A DNA stretch of 64,000 nucleotides, taken from positions 208,072,001-208,136,000 of the forward strand of contig NC_042997.1 of assembly GCF_006345805.1 (NCBI RefSeq), in the 5' to 3' direction. The notes under the pieces were generated by a model that saw only the letters and a program-made list of their open reading frames with translations, searched no databases and was not told the DNA's origin. The stretch's first letter is position 1, and every line of letters starts with the position of its first letter. The position numbers were made by a program, and so were the translations under genes. This document shows positions 1 to 12,374 of this stretch, one piece after another. This stretch comes from Octopus sinensis (lineage: Eukaryota).

Positions 1-810
1 TTTAGAGGACAATTGGAAGATCCTGTGGGACAATCTACTGAGGGCTACACGGGGAATCTGTGGTTAATGCAGAGTCTCAGCCAGACCAAGGGTGACATGA
101 TGGTGGAACAAGGAAGTAGACAGAACTATAAAAGCAAAGAGACAAGCCTGAAAGGACTGGGAAAATGGTGGAAGAAGAGAATTACATCAGGTAGCCAAAA
201 GAGCAGCTGGGCGTCAGGTTTACGTTGCGAAAAATGTAGCAGAAGGTAAGAGATCAGCAAATGTTATAGAAGGTGAGGTGTTCAGAATTGCAAAGAGATG
301 TGGTGGGTGAGAAATGTGTGCGAATGGATAATGGTATGCTTGCAGTCAGTGACTCTGAGAAGAAAGACGCATGGAAGGGTCAGTATGAAAGGGTTAGTAA
401 ATGTGGGAAATGAATGGGTGAATAGGGGTTTACCAAATATTGAGCCAGTTGAGGGACCAACCATCACAGTTGATAGCAGCATAATGGATAAGGCAATTGA
501 GGAGAGGAAGACAGGGAAAGCCCCTGGGTGGTCCATCGGGAATCACTGTTGAGATTATTAAAATCAGGCTATTCAGGTGGGGGGGTCACCATCCCCAACG
601 ACTGGTGTAGTAGCGTTATAGGTAGCTGCTATAAGGGTTATAGGTGACGCCTTAGATAGAAACAACTACAGAGATATTAAAGTGATAGACCAAGTCATGA
701 AAGGTACTGAGAGGGTTGTATTTCATGTGATTAGAAATAGAATTAAACTAGATGAGATGCAGTTTGGTTTTGTAGCTGGGAAGAGTACCACAGAAGCCAT
801 CTTCATTCTT
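1..810 (+). mobile_element. Highly decayed RTE-clade LINE fragment
   Basis: Peptides LPNIEPVEGPTI, KTGKAPG and IKLDEMQFGFVAGKSTTEAIFILR match the better-preserved RTE copy at 2516-5998; many stops. Confidence 0.85.
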
Positions 811-2120
811 CGTGGATATCCCCTGACCACTATCCACACTGCCCTTGCCAGAGCACATTCCATGGACCATTCATGTGCTCTCTCTCTCTCTCCACACCCA
901 CCACGCTGTTACCCATCTCCCGTTTCCCCTCACCTACCTGCCTCTCCAATGCACCATTCTCCAAGCCTTCCAGCAACTCCAGTCCAACCCCTCCACTTTT
1001 CACATCTTCCCCAACCTACCCTTCCCCCTCTTCAAACAAGCCCACAACCTACATGACCTCCTGGTCCACAGTTTCTTCCCTAACCCAACCTCCTAACCTG
1101 GCTTGTTCCCCGGCTCCCACCCATGCTACCACACTTGACCCTACTTCTCTAACACCACCATCCTCACAGGCATCCATCATCATCCCTATCATATCACTGA
1201 CTCCTTTACCTGCACTTCTAGCAACGTCATTTACTGCATCTCCTGCACTTTCTGTCTTCTCTATACATCAGTCAAACAGGACACTGCTTGGCTGACTGGT
1301 TCGTGGAACACCTCCAAGACATTAGACTTGGCAATGACACCCTGGTCTCATACCATTTCTGCTCTACCGGTCATTCATTACAACACCTGTCTGTGTTCAG
1401 ATTGTCCTGCACAGGAATCTTCCAGACTCCTGCCTTTGCCGTGAACAGGAATTAATCTTCTCTCTTCGCTCTTTTGCAACACATGGGCTCAACTCTCCTC
1501 CCCTCTTCATCTGACTTTCCTCCTCTCCCCTCTCTTCACTCCCACCCACCTCTCCTCTCCTCTCTTTGCTCCTGCTCATCTTCTCCCTTCATCATTATCC
1601 TCCATCCACATCCCTACACATCCCAACCCAATCCCACCCCACACATCCCACATACCCCACACCCAACATCTCCACACTACATCGCACCACCCTACACACA
1701 CTAGTATTGACCACTTCCAAGCACCCACACCACACCACCGTGCACACACTAGCGCTGACTTCTTCCCAGACCTACACCATCATCCACATACCCACACATC
1801 AAGGTTACCAGCCCCAATCCACACGCACACACTTACATGCTCTCACATACACACACACGTGTACCTTTGTTTTGGCATCACCACTACTTAATTATCTCCC
1901 CTTCTTCCTAGCTCTCCTGTCTGACCATCTCCATCCAGGCAGCTGCTATGATCGATCGCTAGCCACTAAAGCTTTTTTTATCCTCTCTCTGTTTATTTTC
2001 TCGTGTCCCTTTCTGTTAAAGAGCGTAGGCTCAAAACATAAAAGACTTTCTCACCTCCCTCAATGTTAAACTAATACACTTGTTTCTTGTTTATACACCT
2101 GTCTTCATTTTTTCCAACTA
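811..2120 (+). mobile_element. Penelope-like element (PLE) 3' fragment: RT C-terminus, GIY-YIG endonuclease and terminal repeat
   Basis: GYPLTTIHTALARA, LPFPLTY, FKQAHNLHDLLVHS, then across frames FTCTSSNVIYCISC and REQELIF..HGLN, typical of a PLE GIY-YIG region; pyrimidine-rich tail with a degenerate hammerhead-like motif near 2008-2045. Confidence 0.75.
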
Positions 2121-2145
2121 TATATGCATATATATATATATGTAC

Positions 2146-2480
2146 ATGGCTCAGTGGTTAGAGCGTCGAGCTTACGATCGTGAGGTTGTGAGCTCGAATC
2201 CCGGACCGGGCTGCGTGTTGTGTTCTTGAGCAAGACACTTTATTTCACGTTGCTCCAGTTCACTCAGCTGTAGAAATGAGTTGCGACGTCACAGGTGCCA
2301 AGCTGTATCAACCTTTGTCTTTCCCTTGGATAACACTAGTGGCGTGGAGAGGGGAGGCCGGTATGCATGGGCGACTACTGGTCTTCCATAAAACAACCTC
2401 GCCCAGACTTGTGCCTCAGAGGGTAACTCTCTAGGTGCAAAACCCATGGTCACTCATGACCGAAGGGGGTCTTTACCCTT
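2146..2480 (+). mobile_element. tRNA-derived SINE
   Basis: A box TGGCTCAGTGG and B box-like GCTCGAATCC in a tRNA-like head, followed by a SINE body (ttgagcaagacactttatttcacgttgctccag); flanked by (TA)n. Confidence 0.8.
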
Positions 2481-2485
2481 ATATA

Positions 2486-2515
<30 letters not shown>

Positions 2516-2519
<4 letters not shown>

Positions 2520-5500
2520 CGAGGTAGTCAGAGTAAGTAATAGAGTACTTAAGATTAGATTAGTGCTTCACCATAGGTCAGCTACTATCATCTCGGCATA
2601 TGCCCCTCAACCAGGGCTACCGGAAGGACAAAAAGACCAATTCTATGACACCCTATTGCGGACTACCTCGTTGACAAATGACAGTGACCTTCTCTTCGTG
2701 GCAGGGGATTTCAATGGACATGTTGGATGGCATGTCGGGGGCTTCCATGGCGTTCATGGAGGCTACGGTTTTGGCTCTCGTAATGAGGAGGGAACCAGGC
2801 TGCTGGAGTTCTGCGATGCAAATGACCTTATGGTCTGCAATACCAACTTCAGGAAACCCACCTCTCACCTAGTCACCTACCGTTCTGGCAGACACACTAG
2901 CCAGATTGACTACATCCTTGCCAGAAAAAGGGAAAGAGGGCTGCTTATAAATGCCAAAACCTTTCCAGGCGAAGAATGTACTCCTCAACATAGATTAGTA
3001 GTTAGCGACTTCAGGATCAGAGCTAAATGGTTGCCCAGAAGAAGACCTGCTTGGAGGAGAAGGGTCTGGAAGCTTAAAGATCCTGCAAATGGACAGAGAT
3101 TTAGAGACACTACTCGAAGCCTTTGACGAAATAGAAGGGGATATAGCTTCACTTAATGTGGAAAGCAACTGGAGATTTCTACGGGACAATCTGCTGACAG
3201 CCACTGACCAGATCTGTGGATGGAGCAAAGTACCATCTCGACCCAGAGTAACATGGTGGTGGAACACTGTGGTTGACAGGGCTATTAGACAAAAGAGACA
3301 GGCTTGGAAGGACTGGAAGAACGGTGGTAGCAGGGAATTGTATCAGACAGCCAGAAGGGAAGCTAGGAGACAGGTTTATTTAGCCAGAGGGGAAGCGGAT
3401 AAGAAAAAATTTGCCAATGTTCTGAGCCGTGAGGATGAAAGACTTGAGGTATTTCGTGTTGCAAGACAGTGTATGAGAGAGAATCGTGATGTGGTAGGAG
3501 AGAAGTGTGTTCGCATGGATGATGGTTCACTTGCGCTAAATGAGGATGCAAAGAGAGAGGTTTGGAGATGCCACTATGAAAGGTTGCTGAATAAAGAAAA
3601 TGATTGGGATAAAGAGAGTCTGCCGAATGTTGACCCAACAGAGGGACCAGCTATCCGAGTGATAGTTCCGTGTAGCTAAGGCAATTAGAAGCATGAAGAC
3701 AGGGAAAGCCCGGCCCATCAGGAATTACTGCAGAGATGCTCAAAATATCTGGCAGTGTCGGCTATAACCTAGTCACCCGTATAGTCAACCAGGTGATACA
3801 TGAAGGAGTCATACCCAATGACTGGTGCAGCAGCATAATAGTCAACTGCTACAAAGGTAAAGGTGATGCCCTAGATACAAATAATCACAGAGGTATTAAG
3901 CTGTTGGATCAAGTAATGAAGGTTACGGAGAGGGTCATAGCCCAACTAATTAGAGAGAGAGTTACTTTAGATGAGATGCAGTTTGGGTTCGTGCCAGGGA
4001 AAAGTACCACTGATGCTATATTCCTGGTAAGGCAGCTGCAGGAGAAATACCTAGCCAAAGATAAGCCCTTGTACCTGGCTTTCGTAGACATGGAGAAAGC
4101 TTTTGATAGGGTCCCCCGATCCCTTATTTGGTGGTCAATGAGGAAACTAGGGATAGATGAATGGCTGATGAGGACTGTGCAAGCCATGTACAGAGATGCC
4201 GTAAGTAAGGTTAGGGTTGGCAACATGTACACAGAACAATTCAAAGTAGAGGTTGGGGTCCACCAGGGTTCAGTACTCAGCCCCCTCCTATTTATCATAG
4301 TACTCCAGGCAATTACGGAGGAATTCAAGACAGGTTGCCCCTGGGAGCTCCTCTACGCTGACGACCTTGCTCTTATTGGTGAGTCACTATCAGAACTGGA
4401 GGAGAAGTTCCAGGTGTGGAAGGAGGGTTTAGAATCGAGAGGCCTTAGAGTTAACCTAGCTAAAACCAAAGTACTAATAAGTAGGAAGGTAGACAATCCA
4501 CAAATGTCTTCAGGAAGATGGCCCTGCTCGATCTGTAGAAAAGGTGTAGGTAGAAACTCTATAAGATGTACCCAGTGTAAGCTATGGACACATAAGAGGT
4601 GCAGCAATGTCAAAGGTAGGCTAACTGGGAAGATAGTTTTTGTATGTGGCAGATGCTCGGAGCATTAACCTCCGAAAATCTGCAGAAAACAACTTCCGTC
4701 ACTTTCCAGGGGGAAAAACTAGAAGTAGTTGATAGCTTCCGTTATCTAGGTGACCAAGTCAGTAGTGAGGTGGATGCGCTGAAAGTGTAACTGCTAGAAT
4801 AAGAATAGCCTGGGCAAAGTTTTTAGGAGCTCTTACCTCTGCTGGTGACTAAAGGCCTCTCGCTCAAAGTAAAAGGCAGACTGTATGATGCGTGTGTACG
4901 AACAGCCATGCTACATGGCAGTGAAACATGGGCCGTGACTGCTGAGGACATGCGTAAGCTCACAAGAAATGAAGCCAGTATGCTCCGATGGATGTGTAAT
5001 GTCAGTGTACATACTCGACACCGAGCACCTTGAGAGAAATGTTGTACCTAAGAAGCATCAGTTGTGGTGTGCAAGAGAGACGATTGCGCTGGTATGGTCA
5101 TGTGGCGAGAATGGATGAAGATAGGTGTGTGAGAAAGTGTCAATCCCTAGCAGTTGAGGGAACCCATGGAAGAGGTAGACCCAGGAAAACCTGGGACGAG
5201 GTGGTGAAGCACGACCTTCGAACTTTAGGCCTCACTGAGAAAATGACCAGCGACCGAGACCTTTGGAAATATTCTGTACGTGAGAAGACCAGGCAGGACA
5301 AGTGAGCCCAGCCCACTTATGAATGCCTTTCCTCCCTTGGACACAAAGACCTGTTGAGGCAAGCGAAGTCGATATAGAACCTCATCCGACGACAGGCACC
5401 CATGCCAACCCTCTCTGCTTGCGAAGACATGTTGGGGAAATCGAAATCGAAATTGAAACCGAATTGAACCAGCCAGGATCCCTGGTCTGGTGGTACGTAA

Positions 5501-5998
5501 AAAGCACTATCCGACTCGTGGCCAATGCCAGCGCCGCTTATACTGGCTTCCGTGCCGGTGGCACGTAAAATACTCCAATCCGACCGTACGACAGGCACCC
5601 ATGCCAACCCCCTTTGCTTGTGAAGACATGTTGGGGAAATCGAAATCGAATTGAACCAGCCAGGATCCCTGGTCTGGTGGTACGTAAAAAGCACTATCCG
5701 ACTTGTGGCCGATGCCAGCACCGCCTCGACTGGCTTCCGTGCCGGTGGCACATAAAATACACCAATCCGACCGTGGCCGTTGCCAGCCTCACCTGGCACC
5801 TATGCAGGTGGCATGTAAAAAGCACCCACTACACTCACGGAGTGGTTGGCGTTAGGAAGGGCATCCAGCTGTAGAAACATTGCCAGATTAGACTGGAGCC
5901 TGGTGCAGCCTTCTGGCTTCCCAGATCCTCGGTCGAACCGTCCAACCCATGCTAGCATGGAGAACGGACGTTAAACGATGATGATGATGATGATGATG
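2516..5998 (+). mobile_element. RTE-clade LINE, 5'-truncated and frameshifted
   Basis: APE motifs SAYAPQ, AGDFNGHVG, SQIDYIL; RT motifs FVDMEKAFDRV, GVHQGSVLSP, LYADD; zinc finger WPCSICRKGVGRNSIRCTQCKLWTHKRC; C-terminal RRLRWYGHV and GRGRPRKTW; internally duplicated 3'UTR and (GAT)n tail. Confidence 0.95.
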
Positions 5999-6334
5999 AT
6001 ATATATATAAAACATTTAAATAATGAGGAAGAGAAATTGAATATTAATTTAATTAATATCAATTTAAAACCAGTAGCCTAGCAAGTAAAAAATCAGAAAT
6101 ATCAGAAAAAATTTCAATACATGTGTATATTTAGGGCTGAAACCACTAGGTGGATAACCATACACTAGAAGAAGCTCACGTACGATCTAACTACAAAGAA
6201 AGAATGTTCTCCAGAGAAAATTCAGCGAACACAAGGACATAAGCAGGCAAGACAGATGGAAATTATATAAAAATCAAGAATTAATTGTATACCAGTTTCG
6301 TCTGTTACTTATGTAATCCTTCGTCTGCAGAACT

Positions 6335-6762
6335 CACCCTTCTCTTCCATGTCTGCCTCGGTCTCCCTCTTCCACAGGTACCATCCACTTTCAGTGATCA
6401 GCTCTTCTTTATACAACTGCCTTCATTCATACGCATCACATATCCAAACCAACATAGTCTTCCTCTTGCATGCTGCTCCTGACTCCCTTTATGCACAACA
6501 TTTCTCTCAACACATTTGCACTTTGTCATACATGCACAATGATGTTGCACATCCAACAGGGCATACTGCTTTCGCTCCTCTCTACTCTGTGCATATTTTC
6601 TGCATTAAGAGCCTAGATCTCAATGCTCATACGCAAGCATCATACAGTCTACCTTTCACTTTGTGAGAGAGAGTCCTTTTGTGGCCAACAGAGATAAAAC
6701 TTCTCTGAATTGCCTCCATCCCATTCTTATTCTAGAAACACTATTTTCAGAACATTCTCCAC
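6335..6762 (-). mobile_element. Decayed RTE C-terminal fragment
   Basis: Reverse strand reads SVSRIRMGWRQFREVLSLLATKGLSL and GRGRPRQTW. Confidence 0.7.
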
Positions 6763-7045
6763 CATTATTTACATTTGATGGATATTTGTCCTCATCTTGT
6801 TTGTTGTTAACACAACATTTCAGCTGATATACCCTCCAGCCTTCTTCAGGTGTCTTGGGGAAATTTCGAACCTGGGTTCTCATTCCTAAGGTATTTTTCG
6901 ACGTTATTATTATTATTAGGCTGGAGGGTATATCAGCCGAAATGTTGTGTTAACAACAAACAAGATGAGGACAAATATATTCGTCAAATGTAAATAATGT
7001 AAATAATGTACATAACTCCTCATCTCTTAAATATAGAACTGTATC
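6763..7045. repeat. Inverted pair of PLE-type terminal repeats with a hammerhead-like motif
   Basis: 6763-6842 is the reverse complement of 6919-7000; minus strand 6810-6853 reads ACAC-CTGAAGA-AGGCTG..CAGCT-GAAAT-GTT-GTGT. Confidence 0.7.
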
Positions 7046-7139
7046 CTCCACCATTGTTAATTTGGTTACTTATAAATCAAATTACAATCATAACACAAGC
7101 AGTAAAGTAATACAGCTATAGTAAAAAAGAAAATGAAAG

Positions 7140-7560
7140 CTTAAAATTAACGAAATGAGAGTCTGGAAAATTGTCAAGAAATTTCAAGAGACTGGTTCCA
7201 CCACTGACTGACCTAGACGTGAGCTGAAGACCTCTCAGCTTATCTAAAGCACCATAGAAAATATATGGTGAAATCCTAGTTGATCCTTTAGAAAACTGGC
7301 TGCCGCCAGCAAAATAAGTTTGAAATCAGTGTATTTGGTGCTATAAGATGATCCACCATCATGATCTTATGTAAGTTTTAAGGAGATGTACTGGACAGAA
7401 GCCATCTTATCTTGCATCAGATTGCTAAAGGCAAGCTTCCCAGCCTGGTGTTCCCTGATGAAAAGAAACTTGACATCGACAAACAGTAAACAATCAGAAT
7501 GACTGACTTAGGAGTGTATCTGGCTCTGTCAAGGGCAGACTTATAGATCAATGTCAAAAT
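7140..7560 (+). mobile_element. Tc1/mariner-superfamily transposase remnant
   Basis: VWKIVKKFQETGST (HTH-like), RS/FRKLA and LVFPDEKKLDI (FSDEK-like) in broken frames. Confidence 0.55.
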
Positions 7561-9058
7561 CTAGTCATACACTACCTTTCACTTTGAGAGAGTCCTTTTG
7601 TTGCCACAGATTACGGACACGCAAGTGCTAGGGTGTGTCAATCGATATATCGCTGGAGCGGAGATGAATTACTGCTGTCTCTAGCAGTCGAGTGCCCATC
7701 ATCGACAAGACAGAACAAGGTGGAAATCATGTGATTCGGTGGAAATCATATGATTCGGTGGCCTCAGTGCTGAAGATTTATCTTTTTGCTACTGATATGA
7801 AGAAGAGGGCGTTCCAAAAAGCCTATGTGAGGGTCACTCTCATGGCAATTACTGCAGTAAAGTTGGTTCTAATGGAACATCCTTGTTTAAACGGGGATAA
7901 ATAATACCCCACACTAATAACAGACTGCATGGAATGAAGAACAGTTGCAAGAAGAACCAAAGAAAGAGGTCTTTAAGTGGTCACTTGATCTGCTAAAATT
8001 AAACAACCAAATCTCTCTCACATCATACCTTGCTGCCTTTAGTGTTTTGGTGAATAAATGTGGGCAGTCTTAGCCAGAGAATGTACCTGGGGTCCTCAGG
8101 TAATTTGCGTCTTTATTTTGAACTTCTTCATACACAATGGAAACAACTTGGATTGCTTAAGCTTCAGGACATCTGAAATTGAATATTTCAAAGGGGACAA
8201 GGCTTGTCAGGCCCAAGTGTAAAAGAGCTTCAACATCACCTTGATGGTAAATTCCCAGCTTTTTAAGAGAGGCTCAGAATCTTTAATGAAAAGGGTGTCG
8301 GACCAAGAGGAAATTTGTGGACATATTCCACCTGTCCTGGCTTTTGATGCTCAACAACAGAGTAGGGTTTGCTGACCAGGCTTTTTTACTGACCCGTGAC
8401 CATATCAGATGTTAGATTTTGGAGATTTCCATACTTGGATAGGGAGAAAGTTCCCCTAATTAAAACTGATGTCTTGCAAGAGTCACAGAACAAGAAACGG
8501 AGAGAAAGGGGGGAAGGTGGAGCAGAAATAATTGTGTGGCATTGTTAAGTGGATCTTGGTTGTGGCAGCTGGAAGAGGAGGAGGAGAAAAGAAGAGAAGA
8601 AAGACATACAAGCATCTTTGACCTTCAGTCTGATGAATCACACACTGACTCAGGGTCAAACAACAACAACAAGCAAAACATTGTTAGCTTTAAATGTTAC
8701 AATGGAATATTTCAGAAGAAGCAGATTTGGTGGATGGGAAATGGTATAATGAAAGGATAAGCACAACAAGATATGATGAACAGCATTAAGGTAGCATGAA
8801 GAAAGGTACCCAGGACATGCTGTGAAGTGGTTGGCACTAGGAATGGCATCCAGCAATAGAAACCATGCCAAAGCAGACACTGGGGTTCAATAAACACTTG
8901 TGGCTCATTGGAGCCAGTCAAAATTTGCACCCATTCCACAATGGAACAAGGGCTGTAAATGAGGATCAATTCTATTTCCTTTGTTTCTTGTAGAATATGT
9001 TTTTTGGTAAATCCAAGAATATCAACATAAAACAACAAATAACAAATACATCAACCAC

Positions 9059-9286
9059 CTTTACTATTTCTGTGTTGGAGGATAAACCACAAAAGTAAAC
9101 ATCTTTGATCCGGCTTGAATTTAGATCTGAGTAGTTTTTCACGGCTTCATACATAATTCCAGGTAATTTTTCAATGGGGTACCTCAATTTTCCGGCTCCT
9201 AATATAGGAAATGCAAGACTTTTTGCTCCCATTCTCTCCGCAGTTTCCAGACAAATGGTTATTATGCGAGTCAAGTTTGTCAGAAT
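9059..9286 (-). CDS. Exon of PARP14-like macrodomain gene (module A, macro C-terminal half)
   Basis: 228 bp, ttag acceptor and gtggtt donor, phase 0/0; ILTNLTRIITICLETAERMGAKSLAFPILGAGKLRYP contains the macro S(L/I)AFP.(L/I)G.G motif. Confidence 0.9.
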
Positions 9287-9856
9287 CTAAAAAAAATAAG
9301 TGTCTAGTAAATGGTAATAGACATTTTATTAAATTATTTTCTTATTACAGGAAGGAATCATTAAGTTGTAATAAATATATTCTCCCCTCACACTGTCATT
9401 CCTATCACTCTTTAGTCCTGCAAGAGACAAGGCAACCTCACTCATGTTCCTGCTACAATAAAACAGACCCAATCCACCATGTAAAATGGTTGTTGAATGA
9501 AGAGAGACAATGCAGACCCAAGAGGAGTCTTAGTGTTGGGGAGGACGACAACCTCTCTAGTGCTCGTGCCATGACAGAGAAAAACTCACCAATACAGAGA
9601 GTAAAACAGAGAAATATGTTTTATATAGTCTTATTATCAGTCACATAACTTTGTTAGGCCATGAGGCTTTTTTCCTTCTATTTATATAAAAGTGTCCTGT
9701 TCATCGATATCTTCTGCTTCCTTCCAATGATAACTTGGAAGACCAAATATTAAACAGGATGCTGTCATTTGCTTTATGATTCTCACACAACATGCATAAG
9801 GTTCTCTTCAAACATTAACTGTTTCAATAAATCAATATCATATGATTGATACTTAC

Positions 9857-10084
9857 TGAATCAGGGGGATATTTATCCCAGGGAGGTAATACCAGATGAA
9901 ATACATTCTTACAGTTGAGGTTATATCCTTTAGTGACGGCTATTTCAGACATAGAAATACCTCGAGGATATTTCTGGCAACATTCATCTTGTATCTCAGG
10001 ACCAGCAGCAAAAAAAATAAATTTGGAGATAGACCCTTTGTCAAGCTGGAGATGTTCATTGGAGCTGTTAACGATGACATCAAC
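9857..10084 (-). CDS. Exon of PARP14-like macrodomain gene (module A, macro N-terminal half)
   Basis: 228 bp, ctag acceptor and gtaagt donor; VDVIVNSSNEHLQLDKGSISKFIFFAAGPEIQDEC...TKGYNLNCKNVFHLVLPPW. Confidence 0.9.
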
Positions 10085-10365
10085 CTAGAAAAGTAATTAA
10101 TGGTAAACAGCTAAGGAACATTCCGTGGAGAGAAGAGAGATACATTATTGCAGTTGATATTGTTGTTAAGAAAGGCTCTACAGAATGGCTGTAGTAAGTT
10201 TGAGGTTGTTAAAGTTAGCAAAAGATATACTCAAGATATCAGATGTGAAGGAAATAAAATGTTTGAGTTTGATTGAGAAAATGTTTTAATTAACTGTAAT
10301 GATTCCTTATTTGGAAATGAAATAACAATTAAATATAAATAAGTTACATGAATCTATTTACTCAC

Positions 10366-10502
10366 AGATGCATTAGAAATTGAATCAATCATTAGGTTTA
10401 TTTTGATGCCAGCATTTTCTCTGGGTGTCACATTAGTTCTGGGTGTCATGGAGGATGATTCCTGCGGTAGATCAGGAAGGGATGGGTTTGATGAAGGGGT
10501 TG
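10366..10502 (-). CDS. Exon of PARP14-like macrodomain gene (module A, linker and first strands)
   Basis: 137 bp, ttttcag acceptor and gtgagt donor, phase 1/0; TPSSNPSLPDLPQESSSMTPRTNVTPRENAGIKINLMIDSISNAS joins in frame to VDVIVN. Confidence 0.85.
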
Positions 10503-10616
10503 CTGAAAATAAACAAATATCAACATACATACATACATGGATATAGATTTTAAATCATAAAGTCTGCTCTATTCTTTAGGGTGTGCTTCTCATTCTGTTA
10601 TATGTTATATTAACAA

Positions 10617-10654
<38 letters not shown>

Positions 10655-10658
<4 letters not shown>

Positions 10659-11190
10659 TTAGCTGGGCATATTAAGCATCAGATGTGGTGTACAAGAGAG
10701 ACAACTGTGACACCACATCTGAAGAAGTTCCAATGTCTACCAGTGGAGGAAGCTGTAGAAGAGGGAGGCCAGGAAGACATGGAATGAGGTGCTTAAGCAT
10801 AATCTTCAATGATGGGCCACATGGAAGCAATGACTAGTGACCAAGACTTTGGCAATATGCCAAAATTGAGAAGATATGTCAAGCCAAGTGAAATCATAGC
10901 TTGTGTGTCTTTGTCGGTGTCACCTAACTGCCAGCCATGCCAGTGGCACGTAAAAGTACCATTTGGGATGTTGTGCCTCATAGAGGCCATGTGGTTGATT
11001 CAGGTGTCATGTAACTAGCACCCATGCTGTGGTATATAAAAGCACCCATTACATTATTGTTGGGAAAGTTATCCAGCTGTAGGAACCATGCCAAATCAGA
11101 CTGGAATCTGGTGCAGCCCTCAGCTTGCCAGCCCTGGTCGAACCGTCCAACCCATGCCAGCATGGACAATGGATGCTAAATGATGATGGT
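10655..11190 (+). mobile_element. RTE 3'-end fragment
   Basis: Decayed RGRPGRHG region followed by the family tail ccgtccaacccatgccagcatgg...gatgat. Confidence 0.75.
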
Positions 11191-12374
11191 GAATATACAT
11201 ACGTATATGCATGCCATCATCAGCATTATCCCCATCTACATTTGATGCCAATGCTGGCCAAGTGGAACAAAATGATATGTAAAGACACATCCGTCATAGA
11301 CAAAAGTCATGCCCCAAAACTGTTATATATATTCCTGTCCATGCTGGCCCTACACCCCATCTGTCCCAGTGAAGCATCCCCTCACCACATCTCATCTTCC
11401 TAACACCCATCCCTCCATTACTCTTCTAACTACGGTCCTACTTTGCTGCTGTAACCATTTGACAGCAATCTTACAAATCAGTTTTGCACAGATAACATCT
11501 AACCTGTGCTCATCAGAGTGGCAGTTGGAAGTAGGGCAATGGTTTCTGACAGCAAGTGCCACATCTCTAATTGCAAAAGACAATTAGAGAGGAGGATTCC
11601 ATCATTGGTTATGCCACTTGTTCAAAATCTCTGAGTGAGGAGTAACTGCAGCAAAGTGGAATTTGGTTTTAATTAAGCATCTGGGTGGTGAGAGTTCTTA
11701 AATATAAGTTTCTCTTTTTGGCAAGGCACAGACTTCCCTTCTGCTACCATTGAAGTAAAGATTACTTTCCTTCGGCAATCATAACATGCGTAGCCATGTA
11801 TGTGGCATTTTTCTCTCATAGACCTTAAAGGAGGTCTTGGGATTGTTATATATGGTTCTGAGTGGACCTTTTAGTCACGCCCACATATTTCCACATGTTC
11901 TTCTATTTGCTGAAGTAACATTCAAAATGATACTGAACAGAAATAATACAAGTTTCACTGTATAATCTGCTCAATATTAATACAAAGACAGTTCATAATT
12001 ACTGGGAAAATATTTAAACAGAAAAAAAAATGAAAATGTTTTCTCTCACAAAACTGACTGATACAGTTTTGAGAAGCACTTTAGGTTGTTCTAAGCAGAA
12101 AAGAAAAGTGAGAACATCTGTGTATAGTATCAGAGGTCATTCTGTTTAAAATGCAGTTTTATAATGCCCAACATGGTTTCCTGAAAACCATTTGACCAGA
12201 CTATTTGGTGGGAAGATTCCATTGCCCTTGGTTATACATCAGCTGATCTGACTGGCCAAGCCATGTTCACAGAGGTGTTAGTGACTTTCATAGAGGCACA
12301 ATTTATTTTCCCTAATTGGTTTTCTTTTCGTAGCAATATGCTTGGCTGTGGTCCTAGCTGTGGCAGCATGTGGT

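Noticed and set aside
2008-2045. Hammerhead-like motifs here and near 54895-54930
   Set aside because: Core nucleotides too degenerate to call; treated only as PLE terminal remnants.
2146-2225. Possible tRNA gene
   Set aside because: No proper acceptor stem and it continues into a SINE body.
8096-8175. Candidate next exon downstream of 9059
   Set aside because: Has AG and GT-like ends but stop codons in all three frames.
9211-9648. 145-aa plus-strand ORF
   Set aside because: Antisense to a macro exon and intron, and not conserved as an ORF in the duplicate at 43374-43625.
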